Source of the DNA: Eledone cirrhosa
Taxonomy: Eukaryota
Reading direction: 5' to 3'
Length of the DNA stretch: 64,000 bases
NCBI GenBank assembly: GCA_964016885.1
Contig: OZ024740.1
Span: forward strand, 293,694,001-293,758,000
Each line of letters begins with the position of its first letter. Position 1 is the stretch's first letter. Position numbers and translations under genes: made by a program. The notes under the pieces are model-generated. The model worked only from the letters and a program-made list of their open reading frames with translations. It was not told the DNA's origin and searched no databases. Positions 13,261 through 26,344 of the stretch are shown here, piece after piece.

Positions 13261-14445
13261 TGCGAGATATGAAATAATGCTGCTACAAATATGTTGTATT
13301 TCCTTAATTATTAATCCTGCAAACATTATGCACATTTCAGTGGCCAGGTTGTATAAGAACCCGGTGACATCTTCAGGTGTAAATTGCGTAATAGATGTAT
13401 ACCAACAGAATGATGGTAAACTTTAAGGAAACAAGCAAAGAAAAAACAGAGAAGAAAAAAAATGTGTTTATGTTTTTGACCCAGAGACGAAAGAAGCAGC
13501 ATGTTGTTATAATGTCCTGCTGCCTCTGAGTGAATTATCTGTAACAGAACCTTCCTGTTAGTTTGCTAAGCGAGTAAGGGGATATATAGCTTACCGGAGG
13601 AATCACTACTACCTCTCAATTCTAACAACCTTCGGACAGCAAGCCAGAAAAGGGGGAGGGGTGAATAATATCGTGTTACAGAGAATTGTAAGCCTCCTGG
13701 GTCAAACTAAGGTCTATACACTCATGGAAAGTATACAACAGATGGAGGGAATTTAGGAACATATCAAGTAAAGAAAAATTCAGGTTATAATTGTTTAGAA
13801 TTTAAAGTTTTAGGAATTGATAATTTAAATCAAAGGTATTAAAATGTTTAAAATTTAATAAAATAAGTAGAGTTTTCACAGTTGTCCAGTAAAGTACCGT
13901 ATGCTAGGCAATCACCAATTAGAAAGACCAGTTACATTAATGATTCTAATTATAGAGTTGTGTAAATCAGGTACCTAATAAACAAATAACATAATGTTAG
14001 TTAAGATAAGCTAAGTCACTATCCACTTTGGGTTCCTCTTTTAGTTCAATGTTATATTATACTATATTAGTAGTATGGTATGGTATGGAGGTTAACAACA
14101 ACTGAAAATGGTGACCCCCCCCCCCAATACACACAAGGCCCAAAGGCCCACCAACTATTCCAAGTATTACGGTATACCGTAGAAAAGGGAAATTTAATTT
14201 ATTTCCAAGCACTCAAGAAGGTGGACAGACCCAGGCATCCCAAAGGGTAGGGGGGGGGGATAATTAATCGAATAAATATACATATAGTTAATGGTAAATA
14301 TGCGAAAGAGTATTTAATGGAAAGTATAATGTATCAGGGACATGGGGAACTAACTGTTGAGGAACTACTTCTACCAAACTCGTCCCATGAATTGAGTGCT
14401 CTACTACTATGGCTATAACCCACCAGTGTTCTACTATTATATATA

Positions 14446-14920
14446 TATCTATATACATAAATGCCAATTTCTGTCTGTTCATGTGTTTGTTTGTGAACCT
14501 AAAATTCAAAACTACCAAACCTATCTTGATGAAACTTGACACGTGTGTGGGGCTCATGCCCATTTGATTTATTACATATATTTCATTCTACTCATAGGGT
14601 TCCCCGGTTGCTTAAACCTCCGCTGAAAACCCTTGCTGAAAATGTTTACCCTTCGATTTATATGACATTTAGACCATCGGTAAATGACAGAAAATGATGT
14701 CTATTCACAAAATTTCAGCAAATTTCAATAATATTAAGACACCCTAATGGGGGTTAAACCCCCTATCCAGACCACTCGAGCAAAGCGTAAGCTGATTTTT
14801 GATTAACTGATGAGCAAAATTTGGCATATTTTGATTTCATTTTTGGTCTGAGAGGCATTGGGCATTTTAATGGGAACTGGGAATACCCCAGCCCCCAGGT
14901 ATTAACGGGTTCCTCAGTTA
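14446..14920 (+). mobile_element. Helitron-like non-autonomous element
   Basis: Starts atctatatacataaa...tctgtctgtt; ends with a GC-rich hairpin remnant (cccccaggtattaacgggt). Confidence 0.4.
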
Positions 14921-15015
14921 ATCCTTATCGAACCCTCTTTGGATTTTAGTCTTCAAATTTATTATTATTACCATTTGGCTCCCTCGGTTGAGCACTCTAT
15001 TGACTTATATTCATC

Positions 15016-17690
15016 ATGCAGAAACAACCTCTGAATATTTCTACAAAGAACATACCCGTACCAAGCAGGAAGACATACCTAAAACTCCTGATACAGAAAA
15101 CAGACTCGTTCATTAAAATGTTGTGTTAGCGTGCCTTTAATTTCGATAATCAGGAAAAAGCGGACAATAAACAGGATAAATTTGGGTTTAAAACTTATAA
15201 TAACCCTCCGAGTAACCCAGCATTGCTACCCTTTGAAAATGATGTCTTGGAACTCATACGGAGTATCAAATTTAGGAATAGGAGCAATTCCTTCCAGCAG
15301 GACCTGAAGAATAGAATTCGTTCTATCAAGGATTCTAATGCCGTGTATGTCCACTCCGACAAAACTGGCAATCTATATCAAGTGGAGCGCAGTACTTACC
15401 ATCAACTGCTACATAATGCTGTAACTAAGGATTACCGTAAAACTAATCGGAGTGTCATTAATGACATCAACGATGCTGGGTTTAAAATCACCTCTGAACT
15501 CAATATCCAGGACCAAACTGAACCTCTGGACCCTATTTCTCCCCACTTTACCCTGAAGGATCACAAACCCAATTTCCCCCAACAACCCCTCCATTCGGCT
15601 TATTAAACCTACGAAGTCCGATTTAGGTAGACTTAGTAAAAGGATTTTAGATAGAATTATACCTGAAATTAGAAGCTTGGCCCCCTCTTGCATTGTGGAA
15701 CAATTCTTTCGCGGTGATTGATTGGTTCAACGGCATATGCAACAAGAAACATTGCTATTTTATCCAATTCGACATCAATAATTACTACTCCTCTTCTTTT
15801 TAGAGCTATCAATTTCGCTAAAACCCTCACGGCGGTTAAGGATTTCGAAGTTGATGTCATCCTCAATGCACGTAAGTCAGTGATTAATTTCCACGACTCT
15901 ATTTGGATTAAAAAATCTAATCGTAACCCATTCGACGTGAGTATGGGCGCCAGCGATTCCGCGGAGGTTACTGATCTTATCGGCCTTTTCTTTCTTTTCT
16001 CTATCGAGGAAGAATTCCACAATGTGGGCGGTGGTTTGTACCGTGATGACGGTCTTTTGACCATGACAAAGTGCGGCCCACACGCTTGCGATATGTTCAG
16101 AAAAGAACTCACAGCCTTCTTTAAAGGCTTCAACATCTCCAGAAAGGTTGAGGCCAACATCTAGGTCGTTAATTAACTCAACGTTACCTTCAATTTGTCG
16201 AATGGGTTGCACTACCCGTATAGAAAGCTGAATGATACGCTTAATTACATAAGTAAGCATTCTAACCATCCTGCTGCCAGCATAACTAAGAACCTGGTAA
16301 GAAACGTTTCTTTGAGGCTTTCCCGTCTATCTACAAACGAGCATATTTTCACCGACCATTCCACATATTACAATGAAGCTCTTGCTCGGAGTGGATTTGT
16401 CGATAAGGTAGCATATACTGAGTATGAGCATAGACCAAGGAAATACAGATCCCGACACATATAATATGGAGGTGGCCACACCATTAGCTAAGATCTTTCT
16501 CTCCCTTATTAAGAAGCATTTCCCCCCAGCACATAAATATAATAACATTTTTAATAGAAATAGCATTAACATTTCTTACTCTACGACTCCTAACTTTGTA
16601 CATAACATCAGTGCTTCAAATTTAGCTAAATTACCTAGCCGTAGGAACACATGCAACCCTGTAGCTAGTACTAACTGTAATTGTAGGAATCGGGTTGACT
16701 GCCCCCTATCTCAGAAATGCCTCTCCAGTAACATTGTTTATAAGTGTAAGGTTGAAACAACCCGCATCCCGTAGGGCCTACATAGGGTTAACCGCCAATA
16801 GATTCAAGAAGCGTCTTTACATGCACACCCATTCTTTTCTTAACCCTTTAAGAAGGAATATGACGTCACTTTCAGCTTATATCTGGAGTCTAAAAGACAA
16901 CCACACCCAATATAGTTTACACTGGGAGATCGTAGTTAAGGCTAGATCGTATAACGGAAGTAAAAGACCATGCGACCTCTGCGCCGCTGAAGCTCTGGAA
17001 ATACTCTACGGCAATGACCACATCTTAAACAAAAAATCTGAGGCAATTTCGGCTTGTAAACATAAGTTGCATAAAACTTTCCTGTATTACATCCCCACAT
17101 TATACCCTAATGGATAGTACAAACAATACGCGGATAATTTACGTCTTGATGTGTTAGCTAAGTATATTTTATGTTTATACCATTACTTATTTGTATAGGT
17201 AAGTATATATTACCTGTATGTTTTGTGGAGGTACGTATACTTTCTCGTACGTATATTTGCTTGTATTTGTTATAGGTGTATATATTATATTATATATACT
17301 CGTACATGTGTATATGGTTATGTGTATACGTGTATTTGGCGTTTGTGTGTATATGCGTGTTTGCACGTATGTAGGGTGTGTATATGTGTACATTGTGTTT
17401 TGTTTGACGTACGTTTAGCGAATATATGTGTATTTACCTGTAGGTATGTGTGTGCGTGCGTTATATACGTAGTTATGTGTGTATATTTATATACGTTTTT
17501 AGTGAATTGGTTTATTGGCTTAATCTTCTCCGGAAGATACCGCTGGTAACCAACCACTAATTCAATAAGAAAGAAGAGATAGAGAGCTGCTCATCAGTCT
17601 ACGACTTCATTTATACCATAAACGACTTCATTTATACCATAAACGACTTCATTTATACCATAAACGACTTCATTTATACCATAAACGTGG
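15016..17690 (+). mobile_element. Penelope-like retroelement (Naiad-type; RT + C-terminal GIY-YIG), near full-length ORF with stops and frameshifts
   Basis: N-terminal STKNIPVP; MGASDSAEVTDLIG; YRDDGL; SNHP; CNC..CPL..C..VYKC; YIGLT; CDLC..E; LNKKSE..C.H. Followed by a TG/TA-rich 3' region. Confidence 0.9.
17601..17687. repeat. 21-bp perfect tandem repeat x4
   Basis: acgacttcatttataccataa. Confidence 0.95.
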
Positions 17691-18555
17691 TTTTGTCTTT
17701 GCGTGTAATTGTTCTCATCGATCCACATAATGACGTATTATATTCGCTTTTTCCGTTCCTTGCCAGGGTGGTTATGTAGGTATCATGACAAAAAGCACCT
17801 AGCACACAATATAAATATAGTTGGCATTAGGAAGGGAATCCAGCCATAGAAACCAAACCAGAAATAGTTCTGTATGAGCAAGACATGGTCACCTGACCTG
17901 ACTTGCCTCAAATGGGACTACCCATCTAATCCATGCTATTGTGGACAAATCTATGATGATGATAATTGATTTTCAGATCAAATAGGATCCTCATCAAATT
18001 GATGAATATCATACAACCAACCACAGGAAACATGATATATATAGTCATTCACTCTTAGTATTATTCTGAAATGGATATACTAATTTGCATATAATTAGTG
18101 CTCATGTATATATATAACTAATGTCCATTTTTCTATCTTTCCTAGGGTCTTATATGCTCCTTTATTATGAGACAATTTTCTGTTGTCATAAAATATGGCA
18201 AATTTATTATTTCAATTCAGTCTTTAGATTTCACTACTGGCTTCTAATCACGGGATGTTCATATGTATATAAATATATGTATATACATATATATATATAT
18301 ATAAATATATGTATATAACAGAGGTGTTTAAGAAGGTTTACACAGTATGCTTATTTATAATAAACATACAAGTTTCACTTATTTATTTTAAGTTGTGATT
18401 GGTACAGAGATAAGAATAAGCTACAGCTCATATAACTTTTTACACATAAAACATTGGTTGGAGATGTTCATTTGTATAAAGTGAGAGCTTGACTGGATAT
18501 GGTGAACCATGCTATGTTAGTACTATTGTTAATTAATATGGTTGTGTTGAATTAT

Positions 18556-18800
18556 TGGGTGCTTTTTATTGTGTCACATGCATGACTACTTTACAGTATG
18601 GACTGGGTGCTTTTTGTCATGACACCTATACAACCACATTACCGTGTGGACTAGGCACTTTTTATCGTGACACCTACATGACCATTTTACAATGTGGGCT
18701 GGGCACTTTTTGTCATGAGACCTAATTGACCACTTTAAAGCGTGACTGGGCACTTTTTGTCATGACACCTATACAACCACTTTACAGTGTGGACTGGGGA
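18556..18800. repeat. ~48-bp degenerate tandem repeat x5 derived from the SINE-B/RTE 3' module
   Basis: gggcactttttgtcatgacacctatacaaccactttacagtgtggact-like units. Confidence 0.8.
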
Positions 18801-18887
18801 CTTGGGTGGGGGAGGTGTATGAGGATAGGGGAGATAGAAGATATATAACATAATATAAAATAAAATAACAATTTAGAGATTACTTAC

Positions 18888-19078
18888 CTGTTATAACATC
18901 CAATGCAAAATTTGAGATATAGGGACGAATATCAAATTCACCTTTACCAACCATTTTGTCTAGTTTGTTACACAATATATTTGATTGTTCTTCCATTATA
19001 ATTTGGAAACTATTTAAGATATTATAATGAAATGATGGTGTCAACATCTTTCTTGATTTCAACCATCTTGCTCCTGTA
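18888..19078 (-). CDS. CYP4V-like exon 4 (191 nt)
   Basis: tttcag|T...G|gtaagt; TGARWLKSRKMLTPSFHYNIL...FALDVIT with the helix-C WxxxR motif and LTP.FH. Confidence 0.96.
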
Positions 19079-20182
19079 CTGAAAATAGTAAACAATAAAT
19101 AGTATTATATTTATCTTATGTTTTAAATAGCAACTTTTATAAACTGAATTAGCTACAATTGGAAAACTCAGCCTAAACATTTTTGCTGTTTTCTTTTTAA
19201 ATATCTAGTCAGCCTAGGTTGTACAGACATATGATGAGAGGTATTCCAGCTCTCACCATACCATATGTTACCTTTTTTAGTTTTTAGGATTGTGGTGTGC
19301 TTTGGATCACATTATAAAATATTTAAGGCAATAAAGTTTGGTTTGTGAGAGATTTGGCTACAATTTTAAGCAAGGAGATGAAAGACAAGATATGACAAAC
19401 TCATTGAGATGGACTCAAAATATTTATCTAAATGTTGTAAACTATGTTGGTTCATTCAGAACAGTTCCCATTACTAGTCAATAAGGAAGCCTATACTCAG
19501 TTGCTCATCCTGCAATGAATACCAGCAATATATATATATATTTCTAGGGATATTTCTAGGTTCACGAAAATGAGCACTTGATGCATAGTTTCCAGTAAGT
19601 ATTGAGCTGTAGTACTGAGCAAAGTGTAATAATAATTTTTAAAAATCGTTCTTTATATATATATATATCATCATCATCATCATTTCATTTTACGTCCGCT
19701 TTTCCCTGCTTGCAAGGGTGGGAAGGGGACTGATTCTGGCTTGATTACTACAGCTGGATGCCCTTCCTAACACCAACCTCATTTACAGTGAGTGCTGGGT
19801 GCTTTTTTGCCGTGGCACCTCCACAACCACTTTGCAGTGGAATGATAGGGACCCCAGTACCTATCATTTCATTTCTATAGCTGAGTAAACTGGAGCAATG
19901 TGAAATAAAGTGTCTTGCTTAAGGAAACAACACATCACCTGGTCTGAGAATTGAACTCACAACCTTTCGATTGCAAGGCCAATGCTCTAACCACTAAGCC
20001 ATGTGCCTCCATTTTTAGGATATATATATATATATAGATATTAAAGGTGAAAATTAATTGCGTCCATAGGCAGTATGCCAATATGAGCACTTGATGCTCT
20101 TGAGGAGCAGAGTACCAATAATAATAATATATAAGGAAACAAAGAATCAGTGTTGTATCATATACATATTCAATTACATATT

Positions 20183-20274
20183 ACATATTACATATGTTTC
20201 ACTGTCGATCAGCTCGAGGAACGATCGATTAATGATCAAACCTGACTCTAGAATCGTAAGCTCCTCAGATATGT
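20183..20274 (-). ncRNA. Type I hammerhead ribozyme (minimal, intact core)
   Basis: acatat-CTGAGGA-gcttacgat...atcgacagt-GAAA-catatg-TA-atatgt: 6-bp stem I, palindromic stem III, GUA cleavage triplet. Confidence 0.78.
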
Positions 20275-21222
20275 GTTAACATGTAGACTCACGTCTAAGA
20301 GTGGTTGGATATTATCCTGATTCATTCTTTTATGCTGCCACAGACTCTATCAAAGGAGTGTGTCATCACCACATTCTACTTGTTCTATTTGTATTCAGTC
20401 AAATCACAGTTGGGGGCAGCCTATAACTTATCAGATATTACTCCTATCTGTAGTCAAGTTGGCATATTCATTCTTGTGTTGCAGCACGTCTGTCTGAAGT
20501 CTGCTGCTATAGTAAACATAATACTGTGTTAGAATGAAAACATAACACAGTTTTTAAAAAAATAATTGTTTCTACTTTTGGCCAGCAATTACCCAGTACA
20601 TTACTGGTACTTTATTTTATCGACCCTGTAAGGATGAAAGGCAAAGTTAACCTCGGCGGGATTTGAACTCAGATCGTAGGAGATGCGACAAGAGTCGGGA
20701 AAGTCTAAACTGATTTCAAATAGAATCCAGCGGACGGTTAATGCATTCTTTGTAGAAAGGAAATTTCCAAAAGCTAAGATGTATGAACAAGTTGGTTATG
20801 TGCCCATATGGTGTGATTGTGTATGTGTGTGCTTTTACACATAAACTTACGTTGTGTAAGATGTTATGTACTAGTACATAGTATGTGCATGGGAATGTCC
20901 CTATGTATGTATGCATTGTAATATGTACTAAATTATACATGCAGAGTGGGCCCAAAGGCTGGTTCAGGTGTTTATAAAAATGCAGGGCCACCCCAGTGCG
21001 CTGGTGGGCCTGACTTCCGTTATCTACATGCACCATGCACTTGGTAAGCTCCTATCCGGGAGAGTTAAGCGTGGAAAAAGTGCATCTCCACTGGTGTCTG
21101 CAAGCCATGATAATCTCGGACTTGAGGTTAACCAAGTTATGCTTTAATTTTACTATCCCCAGCAGACTTTCACTACTCCTGTCGCATCTCCAACTAATCC
21201 ATCTATATTATTTTTTTTTAAA

Positions 21223-21415
21223 TAGGGCGGTGGATTGGCAGCGTCGGTAGAGGGTCGGACGCCATACTTTGACGTATAGAGTTACGGCCCTTGCCATTCT
21301 GAGTTCAAATCCCGCCGAGGTTAACTTTGCCTTTCATCCTTACGGGGTCGATAAAATAAAGTACCAGTAATGTACTGGGTAATTGCTGGCCTTGTGCCAA
21401 AAGTAGAAACAATTA
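21223..21415 (+). mobile_element. tRNA-derived SINE family A, full-length copy (others at ~41-150, 215-325, 3262-3415, 8988-9175, 10578-10712, 13076-13260, 20565-20672, 41597-41698, 53058-53180)
   Basis: A box TGGCAGCGTCGG, B box GAGTTCAAATCC, conserved body ccgaggttaactttgcctttcatccttacggggtcgataaaataaagtaccag, tail aaagtagaaacaattatt. Confidence 0.88.
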
Positions 21416-21703
21416 TTTTTTTTAAAACTGTGTTATGTTTTCATTCTAACACAGTATTATGTTTACTATAGCAGCAGACTTCAGACAGATGTGCTGCAAC
21501 AAAAGAATGTATATGCCAACTTGACCACAGATAGGAGTAATATCTGCTAAGTTATAGGCTGCCCCCAACTGTGATTTGACTGAATACAAATAGAACAAGT
21601 AGAATGTGGGGATGACACACTCCTTTGATAGAGTGTGTGGCAGCATAAAAGAATGAATCGGGATAATATCCAACCACTCTTAGACGCGAGTCTACATGTT
21701 AAC

Positions 21704-21795
21704 ACACATTTGAGGATCTTCCGATTCCAGAGTCAGGTTTGATCATTAATCGATCATTCCTCGAGCTGATCGACAGTGAAACATATGTAATATGT
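21704..21795 (+). ncRNA. Inverted copy of the 20183-20274 hammerhead, core mutated
   Basis: acacat-TTGAGGA-...agt-GAAA-catatg-TA-atatgt; C3>U substitution, predicted inactive. Confidence 0.55.
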
Positions 21796-22819
21796 AATTA
21801 AACATATATATGATGCAACACTGATTCTTTGTTCCCTTATATATTATATATATATATTCTATGCTAGCGTGGAAAATGGACGTTAAACGAAGATGATGAT
21901 GATGATGATTGCCAAATATACTATACATACATTCCTGTATACATAGCTATTTCAGAGCACCAATACTAATACTTAATCTTTGCGAGAGCAACCGCTCTGT
22001 TTAATCAGCTCTTCAATATTACTGGAATTCTATAAAAACCCAGCTCCTATAATTCTCGGCAGAAGCGATGGAGTGAATGGTCTTGATAAACGCTAACGAG
22101 CAAGAAACAGGACTGTCGGTCACTCTCTTTTGCTTTTGTCGAGAATAAGGAAGTAACATAGTCGTAACTTTAAAACTCATACTGAATGGTCTTCAAAATT
22201 ATTTTAATTAAACATACAGTATATTGCCAAATATACTATACATACATTCATATATATATATATAAGCTCCTACATAAATTGGTATAATTTCACCCAAATT
22301 GTAGGAATCCTATAATGAAACGAGACGTCCGTCTGGGAAGAGATATATTCGATATGTCTCATATGAAATAATACAGCCAATTTTCCACGCAATACTTTTA
22401 GTTAGCACCCCGAACGCATAATTGGGAATATAATCACTTATTTCCTAATGTTTGTTGAGTGAGTTGGAATTTGGCCGGAGTATCGCTAAAAAGCTTTCTC
22501 CGATATTGTATTCATATATATATATATAAATGTGTGTGTGTGTGAATTATATATATATATATTTGAAAAAAGTAATAGAATGACTTCACTTGTAGTTGGT
22601 ATTCTAAACAATTTAATTTTCTAATTTTGCTATGTAGATCTAATTATATTATGTAATGATATTCTTCAAGAAAGAGAAAAATAGGTGTGTCTTTTCTGAC
22701 CAAAATATAGCCTAAAAAAGGAAGAGATAGAATGGATGGTAAAGTTTGTTGAATTGCACATGTATGAAGGGATGCAAGATGTGGCAAGAAGTATATATAG
22801 ATGTGTGTGTGTATATATA

Positions 22820-25750
22820 TAAGATCAAAAGATGGTTAAGAGTTCCATGTATTTTATTATGCGCATTTCAAAAACAAATATCATCATGAGATGACATTTG
22901 CGTTTTCGTCAGATAAAATAGGGATACATGATATGAAGGTTAAAAAACACTTGTGAATAGTGCAGTTTTAAATCAACATATGAAAAGTAATTTAAGATTG
23001 ATGTGTGATATTGGGAAAAAAATGAGGTGGGGGTGGAAAGGATGAAAAAGAGGAGGAGATGAGAGTAAAGAATGGTGGGGGAGGAGTATAATAAGGAAGG
23101 ATGAGATAGGAGGAGAGATGGGTGATAGAAAGAGGGAGATAGCGTTTATAACTGAGAAAAATATATTGTTTCACAGAGAGAGGTTAAAAAGCCGTTGGAA
23201 GATAATATATAATTTAAAAGAAAATTGATGAAGAGAAAAAAATTAATGAAGAGAAAAAATTAAGAATAATGTTAAATTAAGGTTTGTATATTGAAGGGTT
23301 TAATAATATGTGCGATGAAAAGAAATTGTTAATATGTATTATTAAAATTAAAATATTAATGTTATTAAGGATATAAGAAGTTGAAGAGTGTATGAATTAT
23401 GAATTTAGAGGAATTGGTTAGTGTTTAACTTTGTTTTTATGTAATGTAATATGTATGCGTAATATATGTAAATAGTTTGTTTACAAATGAGCGCAGAAAG
23501 CAAAGAAGAAAATAGTGTTTAAGGAAGAGAAGACTCTAACAACAAAATATATATGTTTATGAAGTATTTCCTAATGGTAATAATATAATGTAATAAAGGA
23601 GATTAGTTAGGGTTTAAGTTTGTTTTTATGTATTGTGATATGTAATATGTAAAAGTTAGACGAACATGAAAGGGAGAAAAAATATAATGAATTGAGGAGG
23701 AATAAACAACATCAAAAAATGTTTATGTTTACGAAGGATTTTTAAAGGTAATACTATAAAGTATTTAAAAGGTAATAATAAGTTTTATGGCCAATGATAT
23801 AAAGGAAGAAGGAAGAGTGGATATATTGTGGTGAGTAAGAATTGAGAAGTATCTGGGAAGAAAAAGTACAGATTAGAGGTTAGAAATAAAAAAAAAAGAG
23901 GAAGAAAGGGAATTGATAAATAGGAAAGATATAGAATGAGTAACTAGTGTTATATAATGTATAATGAATATCATTGAAATAAGGTAGAAAGATGGGTATA
24001 TTTTTAAAGAAATATATATATATATGCCTTTGAGAAAAAGGATTTTAAACTGGTAAAGTATTAGATATTAGCTGTATACTTTATGGAATGTTCTGTGGAA
24101 TTTATGCAAGCAGAGAGAAAATAAGTCAGTGTGTCTATTTATTATAGAATCTAAATTAGATATAATGGTAAATTTCTCACATAAACAGAGATTACATGTT
24201 TTGGATAGAGAGGCATTCAAGTAGGGAGAGGCAGAACAAACTTTCCTCCAAGAGATGTTATAGTTAATATTTTTGTATTTCAAGGACCATATGAGTTCTG
24301 AGAGTGCTGTGTTGGTTCTTTTAAGTTGGTATTTAAAAGAAGAATGATGATTATAAAGACGGGCTTTAAAGGAGGTGGAAGTGGAGCCAAAATAGGTAAA
24401 GGAATTGGTGTCAGTTATAACTTTACATTCATAGATTAAGATTTTTTCAAGACAATGGTTGTTGAGAGGACATTTATTTTTAACAGGGCAATTACAATTG
24501 CGATTAGAGAGATTAACAGAGTTATTAACAAGTCACCTAGTGTTATCTAGAGGAGGAATTGGATTGGAGAAGTTATTTACGATAGGAATAATAGTTTCCT
24601 GATTTAGATTGGTATTAAGAACATTTGACGAAGTTACGTTTGACGTCGTATTTGGGTTTGCAGAAACTAGCCTAGAGTTAACAATGACGTCGGGAGTACT
24701 ACTGCTATTATTATGACATTCAGTGTTGGAAGGAAGTGATTTAGAATTTAATATTTTATTGTTGTGTTTAGAGATAATGTTGGAGATGTTGGAGGAGGTC
24801 GAATAGGAAAATGTTATAGTATGTTTGTTAAATATTTTACTATAGATATGTAAGGGAGGGAAGCATTTATTTAGGGCACTAAAGAATAATTTAGGAATAT
24901 TATTATTAATAGAGATAGAGAAAGGAGCATTATACCAGATTATATTTTTTGTATCTAGGTCTTTTATTAAAGTTATTAGAATGATCATAATTAATTATTT
25001 TATTGTAAGATCTTCTAGGATTGCTTTCTTTATTGTATTTGATTTTATCAGGATAACCGGCTTTAGAAAGCGCGTTATTATAGTAATTGGCGTTAGCATC
25101 AAAGATATCTTTATTAGATGATAGGTTTGATATTCTTTTTCCAATATTACTAACTATAGCATTTTTAATGTTAGTGGGGTGGTTAGATTTAAAATTAACA
25201 TAATTAGATTCTCATTGTTTTTATGGTAAGAGTAATATAGGCCAGTGTCAAGATTAAGGGATATATCCAAGAAGTTAGCTAGTTTGACGTTGTTATCAAA
25301 TTCAATTTTTAAGTTATGTTGGTTAAAGAGATCACGTATATTGTTCTTAATAATATTAAGTTTAACTATGTTGCAATTTAAGATAGTAAAATGTCCATCG
25401 TCCCGATAAATTCCACCGCGAAGTTGAGGAATTTTCCGATTCAAAGAGTTCAAAATAAAGATACCAATTAAATCTGTCAATTGGGATGAATCGGATGCAC
25501 CCAGTGTAATGTCAAAGTTGTTGGAGGTTTCAGCTCTAGTCCAGTATTCATTGTTGAATTCTAAGATGGTTTTACGTGCGGTGAGAATGATGTGAAGTTC
25601 ATCTGTGGTGATGTCTGAATATTTATAAGCGAAAGATAGAGCATTGTTGAGAAGTGAGGGCGAAATAGAAGAATAGTAGCTGGCAATATCAAATTGTATA
25701 AATTTTTGTTTGTTTTTCTTATTCAAGTTGTTGAACCAGCCAATTACTTC
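22820..25750 (-). mobile_element. Penelope-like retroelement (Naiad-type), 5'-truncated, with 3' hammerhead
   Basis: FIQFDIASYY, LGASDSSQLTDLIG, IYRDDG, IIWYNAPF, CNC...CPL, CNLCLCEK in the minus-strand ORFs 25154-25726, 24533-24988 and 24068-24283. Confidence 0.9.
22850..22920 (-). ncRNA. Type I hammerhead ribozyme (minimal, intact core)
   Basis: tattttat-CTGACGA-aaacgcaaatgtcatc-tcat-gatgatatttgttttt-GAAA-tgcgca-TA-ataaaata: 8-bp stem I, >=12-bp stem II, palindromic stem III. Lies at the 3' end of the Penelope element at 22820-25750. Confidence 0.85.
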
Positions 25751-25752
25751 AG

Positions 25753-25830
<78 letters not shown>

Positions 25831-25844
25831 TAATCTGTTATTTT

Positions 25845-25895
<51 letters not shown>

Positions 25896-25897
<2 letters not shown>

Positions 25898-26243
25898 AGA
25901 CACATGGCTTAGTGGTTAGAGCATTGGCCTTGCAATCGACAGGTTGTGAGTTCAATTCTCAGACCGGGTGTTGTGTTGTTTCCATGAGCTTATTTCACTT
26001 TATTTCACATTGCTACAGTTTACTCAGCTGTAGGAATGAGATGATAGGGACTGCGGTCCATATCATTCCACTGCAAAGCGGTCGTGGAGGTGCCACGGCA
26101 AAAAAGCACCCAGAGCTCACTGTAAATGAGGTTGGTGTTAGGAAGGGCATCCAGCTGTAGAAATCAAGCCAGAATCAGTTCCCGTCCCACCCTTGCAAGC
26201 AGGGAAAAAGCGGACGTAAAATGAAATGATGATGAAATGATGA
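25896..26243 (+). mobile_element. tRNA-derived SINE family B with RTE-type tail (others at 5044-5381 -, 19668-20011 -; 3' modules at 17770-17965, 31305-31552, 40890-41200, 42848-43110, 50240-50565; related copy at 62270-62540)
   Basis: A box TGGCTTAGTGG, B box GAGTTCAATTCT, 3' end gcggacgtaaaatgaaa(tga)n; the full copies sit in TA microsatellites. Confidence 0.85.
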
Positions 26244-26344
26244 TATGCCACCAGTTCTTTGAGAAAACAACACCACACTTCGGAATTGGGCATATTAACT
26301 TTGTTCCACTTTTATGTTTTTCTCTTTTTTCTGTTCAAGTTCTA

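Larger units (their letters stand above)
12130..13420 (-). mobile_element. Decayed Penelope-like 3' fragment with hammerhead, interrupted by a SINE
   Basis: Weak GIY-YIG C-terminal remnants (SILAR, KETLALL, ACRQH); hammerhead at 12182-12291; abuts a (TA)n tract. Confidence 0.5.
20124..21846. mobile_element. Penelope-like 3' end with inverted pseudo-LTR duplication (arms ~20124-20672 and ~21297-21846)
   Basis: The arms are reverse complements (~95% by eye). The spacer on the minus strand encodes HNLVNLKSEIIMACRH, the Penelope C-terminal motif. Confidence 0.8.

Noticed and set aside
17601-18800. Short regular repeats as a CRISPR-like array
   Set aside because: There are no unique spacers, the context is eukaryotic and no cas genes are present.
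25896-25975. tRNA gene
   Set aside because: The A/B boxes belong to a SINE head that continues into the SINE body; there is no complete cloverleaf or terminator.
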